Assembly (NCBI GenBank): GCA_017467705.1
Contig: JAFUSC010000016.1
Span: 1,861 to 65,860, forward strand
Direction: 5' to 3'
DNA: 64,000 nt
From: Prevotella sp.
Lineage (GTDB): Bacteria > Bacteroidota > Bacteroidia > Bacteroidales > Bacteroidaceae
The translations under genes were made by a program, and so were the position numbers. The notes beneath the pieces were generated by a model. The model was not told where the DNA came from and did no database searches. It saw only the letters and a program-made list of their open reading frames with translations. The first letter of the stretch is position 1; the number at the start of each line of letters is the position of its first letter. Of the stretch, positions 63,240 through 64,000 are shown in pieces.

Positions 63240-64000
63240 TTAGAAACGGAAGTCAAGTTCTACGTCTACGAAGTTGTAGTTGTGCTTGTCGGGGTTGACA
63301 ATGGTGCGGTCGTTCACACGTGCATACTCAGCATTGAGCTGCAGGTTCTTGGTGAAGTAGTACTTCAAGCCAACCTCGTACATGGTCTTGGCGCGGTTCC
63401 ACTCTTTGTTGTCGCGGTAGCACTGGTAACGTGCCTTGGCGTGCAGTTTCGACTTTACCACGGGCACGATGCCGAATACGTACCAACCGTCGGCCTTGTC
63501 ACCTAAGTCCCGATTCGCGCCGTAGCCTTGCGAGTGTAAGTACTCTGCACGGAACGTATATTCGTTTTTGTCCCATTCGGCAGAGAGCGCATAGCGGTTC
63601 TTGCGGACGCTGGTAAGGGTTGTGGTAATTGTTTCAGGGTAGGGGTTGGGGACATACGAAGAAAGCCAGTAGTCTGGATTTGGTTCCGTCCATGTCATCT
63701 CTCCGCGCGTACCCGTCCAACCGAAGGCACCGATGCGCAGTCCCTTGACGGGCGCTACCCATAGACCACCGATAAGGTCCTTCTTGTTGTCTTTATCCTT
63801 TGAGTTGATGCCTTCACCGTTGTAGACGCCCACCTGATAATGAAGCAGACGATGTCCGTCAGCTGCGGGGAAGAGGTCACCCTGCACCTGAATACCGATG
63901 TCGCGGCCACCGCTCGACTTCTCGCCTGTGCGGTCACCGAAGCCGGAGAGCGCATTGATGACGTTGGCATACGAATACCAACCCTGCGTGATGGGGTGGG
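63240..64000 (-). CDS. Phosphate-selective porin O/P-like outer-membrane protein (5' part beyond the window)
   Basis: Frame is open to the window edge: GRDIGIQVQGD, GVYNGEG, KKDLIG, terminal ELDFRF. Confidence 0.75.
   Translation of the reverse strand, partial: HPITQGWYSYANVINALSGFGDRTGEKSSGGRDIGIQVQGDLFPAADGHRLLHYQVGVYNGEGINSKDKDNKKDLIGGLWVAPVKGLRIGAFGWTGTRGEMTWTEPNPDYWLSSYVPNPYPETITTTLTSVRKNRYALSAEWDKNEYTFRAEYLHSQGYGANRDLGDKADGWYVFGIVPVVKSKLHAKARYQCYRDNKEWNRAKTMYEVGLKYYFTKNLQLNAEYARVNDRTIVNPDKHNYNFVDVELDFRF

Overview
This window is chromosomal DNA from a Bacteroidales bacterium, probably Prevotella/Xylanibacter-like. Evidence: TAnnTTTG promoters, a Bacteroidota-type primary sigma factor, SusC/SusD, and T9SS-related genes. 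Most of it is core or nutrient-acquisition sequence: trmH-like, tamA-like, proS, ompA, mtgA, rpoD, queA, four tRNAs, a cobalamin riboswitch with a btuBGFC-like operon, an isolated susCD pair, cls, kdsA/kdsD, mscS, and a beta-mannan cluster (GH5, CE7, GH26, GH130, GPH transporter, 2-epimerase). Five things stand out. (1) A type I restriction-modification operon abuts tRNA-Arg and has two different Fic genes interleaved (hsdM-fic-hsdS-BroN/fic-hsdR). (2) Four intergenic arrays have a 22-bp period; three share a palindromic core whose spacers recur in both orientations, and one changes sequence family without losing register. (3) A RAYT/Y1 HUH nuclease carries an extra, possibly DprA/SLOG-like, C-terminal domain and REP-like palindromes inside its own ORF. 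(4) Two hybrid two-component regulators lack a working phosphorelay. (5) Short 7-9 bp tandem repeats fill operon junctions and occur in frame inside genes. All functional calls come from motif recognition by eye; no database searches were run.
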